DNA of 61,951 nt, counting the filler, from Barthelona sp. PAP020 (lineage: Eukaryota), in the NCBI GenBank assembly GCA_040182905.1. It is 4 parts of 4 records of this genome, joined end to end, with 100 filler letters (N's around TTAATTAATTAA, not from the genome) between each part and the next. Parts side by side here need not be neighbours in the genome. Positions count along the whole stretch, not along the records: positions 1 to 15,475 come from JARQWU010000280.1; positions 15,576 to 31,042 come from JARQWU010000281.1; 2 more parts are not named here. One strand, written 5' to 3'. Made by a program: the position numbers and the translations under genes. A model generated the notes under the pieces. That model was not told where the DNA came from. It did not search any database and worked only from the letters and a program-made list of their open reading frames with translations. Positions 10,301 to 20,174 of this stretch are shown here, in pieces; the stretch's first letter is position 1; each line of letters starts with the position of its first letter.

Positions 10301-10884
10301 TATCAGATGATAAAGTCTTGGCAATAACAAATAAAAGAGAAGAAATTTGGATAATTTGTAATTTTTATTGAATAATCAATTTTTCGGCATTAAACCATGA
10401 ATGATAACGGTTATAAGTTATGTACAATATTTATATGAAATTTTGAAAAAAATTAACAATCAAGAAACAGATTGGAAATAAAAATTTTCATTTTTTGCCT
10501 CTTCTTTTCAATATTTTATCAAAAAACTCTGTAATTAATAATATCGCTGAAGTTTTGAACCTTAATGAGACAATTTATTCAAAAGAAGAGGAGATTGAAA
10601 CTCAAACAAGTAAATTTGGTGAAAATTTTTCATATAATGAATGAAATTAAAAAGCAATTTTACATAAAGCACAAAGCTATCAGACTATAAAAGCTCTATA
10701 TGACCAGAAAAGTACTCCAAACACATGCTTTTCATTCATCATTCAAGCACTTTATTATTTGACACAAACTGTTGAAATAAAGATCAATGAACTCATAAAA
10801 TAACTCATTAAAGACTTCATAATTAACTAATTGGGCTGCAAATGACTCTTTACAAACGATATACAACATCATCACATAAACAAG

Positions 10885-11195
10885 CTAACCAGTCATTATC
10901 ATCATTACTGCATCAAAAACTTTTGTTTTTATTCATAAATGAGTACCTGTTATCACTGTTGGTCATGTTAACATCAACCAAATCCAAAAGGTCAAAAATC
11001 ATGTCATGCTCTTCATTACCTGTGCAAATAACTGTGCTCACAAATTGACTTATGATTTAGGTTCATATCCAGATCAAAAAGATTTGACAATAATTGTCTT
11101 CACCTTTTTGATAACTCGAAAAGTTTGAACTGATATGAAGAGTATGTTTTCAGAAATAATTGAATAAAGCTTGATGATGTTATTTGTCATACTCC
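10885..11195 (-). pseudogene. Decayed 3' end of a WD40 + CWDLVDINE-domain gene
   Basis: Frameshifted translation NNIIKLYSIISE/TYSSYQFKLFELSKR*RQLLSNLFDLDMN/IISQFVSTVICTGNEEHDMIFDLLDLVDVNMTNSDNRYSF aligns with the C-termini of 34949-36175 and 8987-10300. Confidence 0.75.
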
Positions 11196-11199
11196 AATG

Positions 11200-11900
11200 T
11201 TCTCCCAAATTTGTCCTTGCCTGTAAAAATTGAGTTCAATCAATTTGTTTATTTCCTTCTCAAGACAAAACTTTCCCAAAGTATTCAACAAAGTGATTTC
11301 TCCAAAACTTTTCTCTGAAAGTCAAAGTAGTTAAACCCGACCAAAGAACTGGCTTGATGTTTTTGAGATAATTAATCAAACACTTGATTGAACACATGCT
11401 AATCTTCTCTTGAAAAAATGAAAACATCAATCAGAGGTGAATTTGAAGTATAAAATCATTGGCAGGTGAGACAAGCAATCGTGTTCAATTGAAAACATAA
11501 TGCACCCTTTGAGGAACTTTAAGTTGATAAATGATCCGTTAAATTAATTCTTTGGGATTTGTTTGTTAAGATACGATATGCCTGAGAGTTCATGACGGCA
11601 ACTGATTGAGTTGGTTCAAATAATCTGGTGTTTGTCCAAATGGAAAATCCTCGCAAAAACAAGAGGATAATGGTTTGGGATCTTGAATTTCTCAAATCGT
11701 TTGATTGTTCAGTTGTTTTCGTTTTGTTGGGTTGATGGATGTTTGATGTTGTCAGTGGGTGTGGAGTGACTCTGTGGTTGAAAAACAGGATGAAAATGAA
11801 TTAAATGGTGAAATGAAAATGTGTTTTAAATTTACAAGTTATAGAACCGGAGAAGCAAGGTGAAACATGTAATCATGAGATATAAGTGCAAAATGCAAGG
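11200..11900 (-). repeat. Spacer of the kinase-WD40 tandem unit, copy A (partial; decayed ORF)
   Basis: Clearly homologous to ~14570-15260; 44 nt identical at 11642-11685 vs 15002-15045. Confidence 0.85.
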
Positions 11901-11907
11901 TGAAGTT

Positions 11908-14007
11908 TTACAGGTCTGAAGCTATGAATTCTTGGATTGGGGCATTATTTGGATAACCGTCACCACTACACAACAAACGAGTTCTATCATGGTTGAGGGC
12001 CATAGTGTAAATTCTAAAAGGTACTTTCACTTTCTGCACAACTTGACCTGTTTCTCTTCGAATCACAGCAAATGATTTGTCATATGAACCAGAATAGATC
12101 AATGAACCATCTTGGGAGAAGATGATTGAGTATATCCACTTATCATGAACCTTGTACTTTCCCAACAACTCTCTAGATTCAACATCAAACATTCTGACTG
12201 TACCACTATCATCACCTGTCACCCAATAAGCACCATCAGGTGAGAAGTTGCCTGAGCCCATCCACTTTCCATCATTACTCCACCTGTGAAGCTCTTCATA
12301 AGTCTCCAATGAAAACAACTTTGAACATCCATCATGGCTGACAGAGGCAAAGTACTTCATATCGGGGCTGATACGTACAGATTTAACAAACTTTTCATGA
12401 GCTCGAGATTCATGCAACTTCTGTCCTTCGACCGTGTATATGCCAATGTAACCATCCGCCATACCAAAAGAAAGCAATTTGCCATCTGGTGAGAACCAAA
12501 CACTTAATACATTCCTTGCCATACCCCTAATCACTCTTAGTGTTCTCCAAGTATCAACCTCAATGATATGAATTGCTGGACCTTTACCACCAACAGCCAA
12601 TAGTTTGGAGTCGGGACTGAAATTGAGATCATTAGCCTTCAAATACTCCCCTTCATGCACAATTTCATGGGTTTCAGCGTTGTAGACTCTGAGTAATCTA
12701 CAATAATATCCTGCAACCGCAAAAAAGCGTCCATTAGGGCTGTAATCAAGGGCAAGAACGAATTTATCAGGAAAATCTTCACCAAACACAGGCTTTTCTC
12801 CAAATCTTTCGACTGCATGAACAATTTGCTTTCTATTTTCAGCTAGTTGTTGTCCATCATTGTTATTCACAAGATCATTCAATTGGTTTGTCAAATGATC
12901 GACTTGATTTGTTAATTCTTGGTTCTTGTTCATCCATTTCTCCTCTTTAGCTTTCAACTCACCGTTTTCATCATTTAATTCATCGACCGTCCTTGTCAAA
13001 TTCTGAACCCTTTCCTCATAAATCTTATTTTCCTCTTTCAACACAGCATTCTCCTTCATCAACCTCTTCTCGTCAAATCCCAGCCCTTCGAAACGCTCAA
13101 TCAACATCTGCAAATACTCAGTAATCTCACTGAATGTTGGCCTAGCAGCTGCCTCAATATTCAAACACCGTTTGATGATTCCAAAACCAGGTATTGTATC
13201 TAACAATTCTTGAGCATACGGAAGTTGACCCTTGATCAATTTTGCTATGACTTTCAACTCACTCAATCCTTCAAAAGGAACAAAACCAGACACTACTTGA
13301 GCCAACATTACACCAAAAGACCATGCGTCAACAGCCGTCCCTATTATGTTCTCCTCTTCATTGGCTAACTCAGGAGCAGCATATCTCGCAGCACCCATCA
13401 TGGAATTGGCGGAGCTCCTACCCGTATCACGAACAAGCCCAAAATCAGCGATGGCAGGCGTATAAACCCCATCTATTCCACGTCTCAACAACACATTATT
13501 TGGCTTAAGATCCCTGTGCATAACGCCTTTTCCATGACAAAACTCAAGTGCAGTGGAAACCTGCATCATAATAACTAACTTCTCCTTCAAAGACAACTGT
13601 GGTATCATTTCCTCCAGATCGGCATCACAATACTCCATCACAACAGCCTTTTTGCACTCAATCTCAGTAACTCCAAAGACCTGGCGAATAAATGGGTGAT
13701 TTAAAACCATGGGAAAGCATTCTCTGGCAAGTTCATCAGCAGTAGTTTTTTCAACTTTATCAACAAATACTTTCAAAACTACCATCTTTCCATGTCTTTT
13801 GGCAAGATGTAGTAGCCCAAATCCACCTATTCTGAAGTTACTTTCTACTATTTCAAACTCACTTCCAGGTATATTGATGTCATTCGATTTCAAAAAATTG
13901 TCCAATTTTTCAAAAGCATCTTCTTCTGGTTCTTTAACAATTTTTCTGCGTTTCTTTGCACGTTGTTCAAGTTCGTGTGACCCTTGGTTTTCTTCGAAGG
14001 TGAACAT
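11908..14007 (-). CDS. Ser/Thr kinase - coiled coil - WD40 propeller protein, copy 1
   Basis: GGFG, VVLK, HRDLKPNN, ADFG, YAAPE, DAWSFG; heptad-rich linker; ~7 WD40 repeats; basic NLS-like RAKKRRK. Confidence 0.95.
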   Translation of the reverse strand: MFTFEENQGSHELEQRAKKRRKIVKEPEEDAFEKLDNFLKSNDINIPGSEFEIVESNFRIGGFGLLHLAKRHGKMVVLKVFVDKVEKTTADELARECFPMVLNHPFIRQVFGVTEIECKKAVVMEYCDADLEEMIPQLSLKEKLVIMMQVSTALEFCHGKGVMHRDLKPNNVLLRRGIDGVYTPAIADFGLVRDTGRSSANSMMGAARYAAPELANEEENIIGTAVDAWSFGVMLAQVVSGFVPFEGLSELKVIAKLIKGQLPYAQELLDTIPGFGIIKRCLNIEAAARPTFSEITEYLQMLIERFEGLGFDEKRLMKENAVLKEENKIYEERVQNLTRTVDELNDENGELKAKEEKWMNKNQELTNQVDHLTNQLNDLVNNNDGQQLAENRKQIVHAVERFGEKPVFGEDFPDKFVLALDYSPNGRFFAVAGYYCRLLRVYNAETHEIVHEGEYLKANDLNFSPDSKLLAVGGKGPAIHIIEVDTWRTLRVIRGMARNVLSVWFSPDGKLLSFGMADGYIGIYTVEGQKLHESRAHEKFVKSVRISPDMKYFASVSHDGCSKLFSLETYEELHRWSNDGKWMGSGNFSPDGAYWVTGDDSGTVRMFDVESRELLGKYKVHDKWIYSIIFSQDGSLIYSGSYDKSFAVIRRETGQVVQKVKVPFRIYTMALNHDRTRLLCSGDGYPNNAPIQEFIASDL

Positions 14008-14029
14008 GGGTAAAAAAAAATTATAATGA

Positions 14030-15260
14030 AAATCTTCTCAACTTTTTTTTTAGCTTTCTGTTGCAATTCAATTTGTTGTATTATTCAATAAATTAGTGTA
14101 GTGTGGAATTCTTTTCATATTTGTCATTTATCTAAAAAGAACTGTTTTAATACATATCTTATTTTTGATTTCCAAAAAGTGTGATTTCAAAAACCGATAA
14201 ATTTACAAATATTGACACCACTCAAGATATTTTGAGTGCCTTTTCCTTTGAAAAATATGTCTTTATGTGGATAAACTTGTAATTTTTGACTTCAGCAGGA
14301 GTTCCATGTCATAATACAACAAACAAAGTTTTTCTTGATTGAATAAATTGAATGAGTAACAACCATTTTTTTCACTGTAAATGCCAATATACTTGTTTCA
14401 CAACTACCGTAATAGGACATGAAGCACTTTAAGGTTGAGTGAACAAGAAAGAATGGTGTTTATTTGGTTAAAAGCTTTACAGGCCCAATTAAACTGTTGA
14501 ACAATGTTTTTTTCTTAAATGAAAGTTAGACACCTCAAAATTGGAAATGAACTGGGGCATAAATTTTATCCCAAATTTGTCCCTGCCTGACAAAATTGAA
14601 TGTAAACAGCTTATTTCCTTCTCATGGCAAGACTTTCCCCCAGATAACAGCAATAAGATTTCTCCTTTCTTTTCTCTGAAAATTAAATGTGTTGAACACA
14701 ACCAAACAATTGGTTTAATGTTTTTGAGGCTTAATTGATCAAAACTTCTTCAATTCTTTGAATGCCAAACTTCTCTTGAAAGAACGAAAACAACAACTCA
14801 GAGGTGAACTTGAAGTATAAAATCATTGGCAGGTCAGGTAAGCAATCGTGTACAATTCAAACACCAAGCCACACTTTAAGGAACTTCGTTGATGGTAAAG
14901 GGTCAATTCTTTGGGGTCAGTTTGGTAAGATACGATATGGCTGAGAGTTCAAGAAGGCTTCCTGTTGAGTGGGTTCAAATGAATTAGTGTTTGTTCAAAT
15001 GGGAAAATCCTCGCAAAAACAAGAGGATAATGGTTTGGGATCTTGGGTTTCTCAAATAGTTTGATTGTTCAGTCGTTTTGGTTTTATTGGGTTGATGGAT
15101 GTTTGATGTCGTTTTAGGAGTGTGAAGTGACTCATGTGGTTGAAGAACAGTATGAAAATGCATTAAATAATGAAATGAAAATGTGTTTTAAATTTACAAG
15201 TTGAAACTATGAGAAGCGAGGTGAATCATGGGATGTAAGTTCAAAATGCAATGTGGAGTT
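14030..15260 (-). pseudogene. Spacer copy B (complete ~1.2 kb): decayed unidentified gene lying between tandem kinase-WD40 genes
   Basis: Homologous to 11200-11900, 38200-38810 and 41060-41420. Protein-like fragments (HDCLPDLPMILYFKFTSELLFSFFQEKFGIQRIEEVLIN*) are broken by stops and frameshifts that differ between copies. Confidence 0.6.
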
Positions 15261-15475
15261 TTACATGTCTGAAGCAATGAATTCTTGGATTGGGGCATTA
15301 TTCGAAAAATTGTAACTACCACTACACAACAAACTAGTTCCATCATGGTTGAGGGTCATAGTGTAAATGCTAAAAAGTACTTTCACTTTCTGCAATACTT
15401 GACCAGTTTCTCTTCGAATCACAGCAAATGATCCATCCCAAGAACCAGAATAGATCAATGAACCATCTTGGGAGA
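15261..15475 (-). CDS. 3' fragment of another kinase-WD40 paralog, cut by the contig end
   Basis: Last WD repeats and ...NNAPIQEFIASDM are very similar to copy 1; runs into the N linker. Confidence 0.85.
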
Positions 15476-15575
15476 NNNNNNNNNNNNNNNNNNNNNNNNN
15501 NNNNNNNNNNNNNNNNNNNTTAATTAATTAANNNNNNNNNNNNNNNNNNNNNNNNNNNNNNNNNNNNNNNNNNNN
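15476..15575. other. Artificial contig linker (N44-TTAATTAATTAA-N44)
   Basis: 100-nt N block with an all-frame stop insert. Confidence 0.98.
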
Positions 15576-15728
15576 TTTTATTCCATTCATTTTTTTTTTT
15601 TTTTTTCACTTTATCATTTTTTTCTTCAAAATATTGATATTGTTTTAAATATAAAGAAATTTTGTCAAAATGACTTTTGTTTTTCCTAGAAAAAACTTCT
15701 TATTTCCAATTTTATTTACAGATTTTTC

Positions 15729-16574
15729 ATGAGTGAAAGCAGCAGGCAAATATCTGCATATAATGAATTATTATCCTATCGAATTAGTCTTCAAAAATCA
15801 TTAGATTTGGCGAATACTCTGCCTTCTTCAAAAAAGCACAAAAAATTTAAAGAAGCAGCCAAAAAATTGTCCAAAAAAGATGAATACAAAAAATTAAATC
15901 GCCAAGCAAGAAAATCTACACGAGAATGCTTGACAGATCTTTTGGATTTACACAAAATTACCGTTCTTGAGAATGAAAATTCCACTACTACCAATAAAGA
16001 CAGCATTACAAATTATACTCGAGATGAACTGCAAGAATTAGATGATGAACTTTTGGAAAAACACATTTTGTCCATTTATGAGAATCAAAAGAATGATTAT
16101 TTGAATATCATGAACGAATGGTCTTCTACAATCAATACTCATAATGATGAAAGTATTTTTAGACAAAGTTTAAAACAGCAAATAGAGAAGCAACTGGATT
16201 CCAAAGAAAAACAGAAATTGATGGAAAAATCTCAAGTAAATCGTTCTAATTTTCATATTTTTGGTGAATCAGATTATTTAAACAATACACAAGAACAGAA
16301 AGAGAAAGTTAATACCAATATTTATGATGATTCAGAAACTTTTCAATTTTTATTAAGGCAATATGTTAAAGCTACCAAGTCAAAAGATGGTTTTCTGCAA
16401 ATTAGAGAAGCTCGAGATAAATATAGAACTAAAAAGAGGCATGATACAGGAAGAAAAGACAAGAAAGTCACTTATGAAATTCATGAACCATTGGTCAATT
16501 TTATGACTCCTGTTTTTAATGAGTTACCTGTTTACACGAATTCGTTATTTGCTTCATTATTTAAATCAAATTGA
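15729..16574 (+). CDS. BFR2: Bfr2/AATF (TRAUB) ribosome biogenesis factor
   Basis: LLSYRISLQKSL...N.LP, IYDDSETFQFLLRQYV, KKVTYEIHEPLVNFMTP, LFASLF. Confidence 0.9.
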   Translation: MSESSRQISAYNELLSYRISLQKSLDLANTLPSSKKHKKFKEAAKKLSKKDEYKKLNRQARKSTRECLTDLLDLHKITVLENENSTTTNKDSITNYTRDELQELDDELLEKHILSIYENQKNDYLNIMNEWSSTINTHNDESIFRQSLKQQIEKQLDSKEKQKLMEKSQVNRSNFHIFGESDYLNNTQEQKEKVNTNIYDDSETFQFLLRQYVKATKSKDGFLQIREARDKYRTKKRHDTGRKDKKVTYEIHEPLVNFMTPVFNELPVYTNSLFASLFKSN

Positions 16575-16727
16575 GGGACATTTTTGTAAATTGCGGTTTT
16601 TATGATCTTTTTTATTATTTTATTCGACAATTTGTTCAAAATATGTATTATTCTTAGTATTGTTTGAGTTTTATCCAAAAAGATCTTTTGATAAAACTTT
16701 TTTTTTTCTTTTTATTTTATATTTTTA

Positions 16728-18611
16728 ATGAGTGATTCAACTTTTAATTCTGATATTAAATTAGATGACATTAATGAACTTAGTCCAACAATATTACGAG
16801 TATTAGAAGAACAATTCAATTTCACACAATTTACACAAATTCAATCCAAAAGTTTTCAACCAATTATTAAAGGAGGAGATGTTTTAATTAAAGCAGCAAC
16901 AGGATCTGGAAAAACTTTAGCTTTTGCTTTACCTGCCTTAATACATTTATTGAAATTAAAAGTAGAAAGAAATGGGATAAATCGTAAAGACGGGACAAAC
17001 ATATTGGTTTTGGCTCCAACGCGAGAATTAGCAATACAAATTCAAGATGTATTTGACAGGTTATTTCGAGTGTTTCCTTTTTTAGTTGCTGGAGTTATTT
17101 TTGGAGGAAATCGCACCAGAATGGAAGATTCTAAAAAAAGTTCAAAGAATGCTGAAAAAAATCGATTGAAAAAGGGAGTTAATATTTTAGTTGCCACTAC
17201 AGGTTCACTTATTCATCATTTGAACAATACTGCATCTTTAATTTCATCTTTAGAGAATCTTGATATGATGATAGTTGATGAAGCCGATCAGTTTTTTGAT
17301 GATCGAGGAATTGATGATTTTAAAACAATTTTTCACAAATTAAAAGAGATAAAACAGAGAAAATACAATAGAGAAGGAATTTTGCAATTACCTACCAGAT
17401 TTTTTCAAACTGTTTTAGCATCTGCAACCTTGTCAAAAAAAACTCAAGATTTGGCAAACTTTCTCCTTGTTGATCCTGTTTTTATTCAAACTGAAGAACA
17501 AGACGCTGTTGTCATCAAGGAGAAAGAATTTAAAGTTCCTCAAACTTTGAATCAAAACGTGTGTTTTGTTCCAACAAAATTGAGACCTGTTGCATTGGTT
17601 TCAATGTTAAGATGGATTCATCCGTTGGATGAAAATAATCGAACTATTGTTTTCTTCAGTTCTAAACGTGAAGTTGATTTTTTCACTCATGTTTTTTCCA
17701 AAGTTAAAAAACCAACACCTTTGGTATTTAAACCTAAGGGAAATAATCAACTCAAAGAAAAAATTTCATTCTTAGAAAAAATGAAGAAAGCAAATACTGA
17801 GGAAAATAAAGAAAACGAAGACGATGTAAATTTTGTTGATCAAATGATTCCAGGAACCATTTTGGCATTACATGGTGATATGGATCAATTGGACAGAATA
17901 GAAGTTTATAGGCAATTTATGAAAGATTCCAATACAATACTATTTTGTACTGATGTCGCAGCAAGGGGACTAGACTTTGCTGGAGTTAATTGGACGATTC
18001 AATACAGCCTTCCTCACGATGTTGAAACTTACTTTCATAGAGCAGGTAGAACTGCCAGAATTGGTAATGAAGGTTCAACTATGTTATTTGCTCATCCACA
18101 TGAACACAAATATGTTGAAAACTTGAGAGGTGGTTATGGTTTATCAATTCGTGAAATGAAAATTGGAATCCTTTTGACCAGATTGTATAAAGATCTTGGT
18201 GTGGGAAGAAACCCTGATTCTTGCAGTGCTGTTGTTCAAAAAGAGTTTGTTACTTTTGTGGACAATGATGCACAATCTTTAGCTTTGGCAATGGATGCTT
18301 TTGACTCTGCATTAAAAGCTTATTCAATTACTTGCAACAACAATAGAGAAGTATTGAATTGGAAGGATTTACATTTGGGACATTTTTGTAAATCTTTCTT
18401 TTTACAGGCAACCCCAAAACAACTGGGTGGTAGGTACAGATATGAACAAGAAAAATTAGAAGAGGAAAAAAAGAAGAATGATTTGGTATTTAGAAAGAAA
18501 AGAAAAGAAAGCAGAAAACAAATATATTCATCCCAAAGAACAGGAACTGAAATGGATCAGGTTTGGAAAAGACCCGAAAATAATTTCAAAAGAACTCCAA
18601 GAATGAAATAG
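16728..18611 (+). CDS. DBP7: DEAD-box RNA helicase Dbp7/DDX31
   Basis: ATGSGKT, PTRELA, EKNRLKKGVNILVAT, DEAD, SAT, TDVAARGLD, HRAGRTAR, C-terminal LHLGHFCKSFFLQATP. Confidence 0.85.
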   Translation: MSDSTFNSDIKLDDINELSPTILRVLEEQFNFTQFTQIQSKSFQPIIKGGDVLIKAATGSGKTLAFALPALIHLLKLKVERNGINRKDGTNILVLAPTRELAIQIQDVFDRLFRVFPFLVAGVIFGGNRTRMEDSKKSSKNAEKNRLKKGVNILVATTGSLIHHLNNTASLISSLENLDMMIVDEADQFFDDRGIDDFKTIFHKLKEIKQRKYNREGILQLPTRFFQTVLASATLSKKTQDLANFLLVDPVFIQTEEQDAVVIKEKEFKVPQTLNQNVCFVPTKLRPVALVSMLRWIHPLDENNRTIVFFSSKREVDFFTHVFSKVKKPTPLVFKPKGNNQLKEKISFLEKMKKANTEENKENEDDVNFVDQMIPGTILALHGDMDQLDRIEVYRQFMKDSNTILFCTDVAARGLDFAGVNWTIQYSLPHDVETYFHRAGRTARIGNEGSTMLFAHPHEHKYVENLRGGYGLSIREMKIGILLTRLYKDLGVGRNPDSCSAVVQKEFVTFVDNDAQSLALAMDAFDSALKAYSITCNNNREVLNWKDLHLGHFCKSFFLQATPKQLGGRYRYEQEKLEEEKKKNDLVFRKKRKESRKQIYSSQRTGTEMDQVWKRPENNFKRTPRMK

Positions 18612-18974
18612 AAAACAATTTCCCTTGTTATTGGAATCGGAAGCCATTTATTTTTCCAATAACCTTTTAAATTTTTTTATAAAATAGTCAATTACGTTTA
18701 TTTATTTAGTTTATTAAACAATTTGAAGAAAACATCTGAAAAAATTACATTTTCAAAACACACAAAATATCTTTCCAAAGCATTATATATTGTCATTTTT
18801 GTTTGGTAAAATAAGGTGAATATCCTTTAAAAAATTATTATCAATCTCCGACAAAAAAAAGTTCAAAAATTGAAACCTTCTTCCAAAAATACAAATCATT
18901 TCAACATCATCTTTTTCTTTTTTTGTTTCAAAATATTTTTATTGAAAGTATGTTTATTTTGATTTGAAAAAGCT

Positions 18975-19075
18975 TTTATGATGAAAAATTCTTTCCCCAA
19001 ATGATCGACTATGATTATTTGATTTCACATCAAGCCAAAATTTAAGGAGGACTCAACACCCTCCGATACTGATTA
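18975..19075 (+). ncRNA. Box C/D snoRNA, snR190/SNORD12-like
   Basis: C box ATGATGA 18978-84; guide TTCTTTCCCC 18989-98 antisense to the conserved LSU rRNA GGGGAAAGAA; D' ATGA 19001-04; TCGACT; C' ATGATTA 19011-17; hairpin GGAGG/CCTCC; D box CTGA 19069-72. Confidence 0.8.
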
Positions 19076-19270
19076 TTTTTTTTGTTTATTCATTTAAAAT
19101 TCAATACTAACTTCAAAGTTTCTTTTTTAGAACAGCCAATAATAATTTCAATCATAAAAAAGTAAAATTTTTACAACAAAAAAAAAAGTTTTATTCTTTC
19201 CATATTTTATTAAACAGTTGGCTTCTTTTGTAATTTTTGTGTGAAATTGTAAACACTTTCGAATAAATAA

Positions 19271-19927
19271 TTAATTTTTTGGAGGTCTGTCACCAAAAAT
19301 TGCTGACCCAACACGTACATAATCAGAACCATTTTCAATTGCTTTAATGAAATCTCCTGACATTCCCATTGACAATTCGCAATTTTTTGATATGTTTTTT
19401 TCAATTTGATTGGCTAAATCTTTCAACACAACAAAACATTCATTGTTGCCTGGGTCACCAATAGTCATCAATCCTTTAAATTCTAAATTTGGGCAATTAT
19501 TAATTATTTCATCAACAATTGGTAGAATTTCTTCGATATTTGGGTTGATACCAGATTTGGTTTCTTCTAAAGATGTATTAATTTGTAAAAATATGGACAG
19601 CTTTTTGTTAAAGTTCCATGCATTGTTTAATTTTCTGCATAACTTTGAAGAATCGACTGTATGTATGGTTAAATTTTCAATTGCACAAATCTTTGAAACT
19701 TTATTAGATTGTAAATGTCCAATAAAATGCCATTCAATATCTTTGGGCAAAATCTCAGCTTTTTCAATCAATTCTTGAACATAATTTTCTCCAAATAATC
19801 TATTTCCAGCATTATATGCTTCTTCCAATTTTTCAACGGGTTGATATTTTGAAACAGCAACCAATTGGCATGTTTCACTTTTGTTTCTAATACAGTTTTG
19901 AATGTAATTTAAATTCGTTGCTATCAT
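19271..19927 (-). CDS. PLPBP: Pyridoxal-phosphate homeostasis protein (YggS/PROSC/PLPBP)
   Basis: LVAVSK, FGENYVQEL, WHFIGHLQSNK, GLMTIG, LSMGMSGDF, VRVGSAIFG; first ATG at 19927. Confidence 0.95.
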   Translation of the reverse strand: MIATNLNYIQNCIRNKSETCQLVAVSKYQPVEKLEEAYNAGNRLFGENYVQELIEKAEILPKDIEWHFIGHLQSNKVSKICAIENLTIHTVDSSKLCRKLNNAWNFNKKLSIFLQINTSLEETKSGINPNIEEILPIVDEIINNCPNLEFKGLMTIGDPGNNECFVVLKDLANQIEKNISKNCELSMGMSGDFIKAIENGSDYVRVGSAIFGDRPPKN

Positions 19928-20174
19928 ATAAACAAAAAAAAAATTGTGGTTGAAAGGAAATGTGGTTATTTTTTCCAATAATCTTTCAAATGTGCTTCAA
20001 ATACAATAATTTAAAAAAGAAAACGTATTGATTAAAAAAGAAAAGAACATCAAACTCACTGTAAATGTTTGAGTTCTTTCATTCTTGAATAATAAACCAC
20101 AAGGTTTTTTATTTATTTTTAATACACAACACATTTAAACAACATATACAAAAAAAAATATATCTGCCAAATAG

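Noticed and set aside
11200..15260. Idea that TGA/TAA-interrupted spacer frames reflect stop-codon reassignment or a diversity-generating retroelement
   Set aside because: TAA, TAG and TGA all terminate conserved genes here, the lesions include frameshifts, and there is no reverse transcriptase or adenine-specific template/variable repeat pair.
15520..15531. TTAATTAATTAA palindrome recurring three times at ~15.5-kb spacing
   Set aside because: Embedded in N runs; an artificial all-frame-stop linker, not biology.
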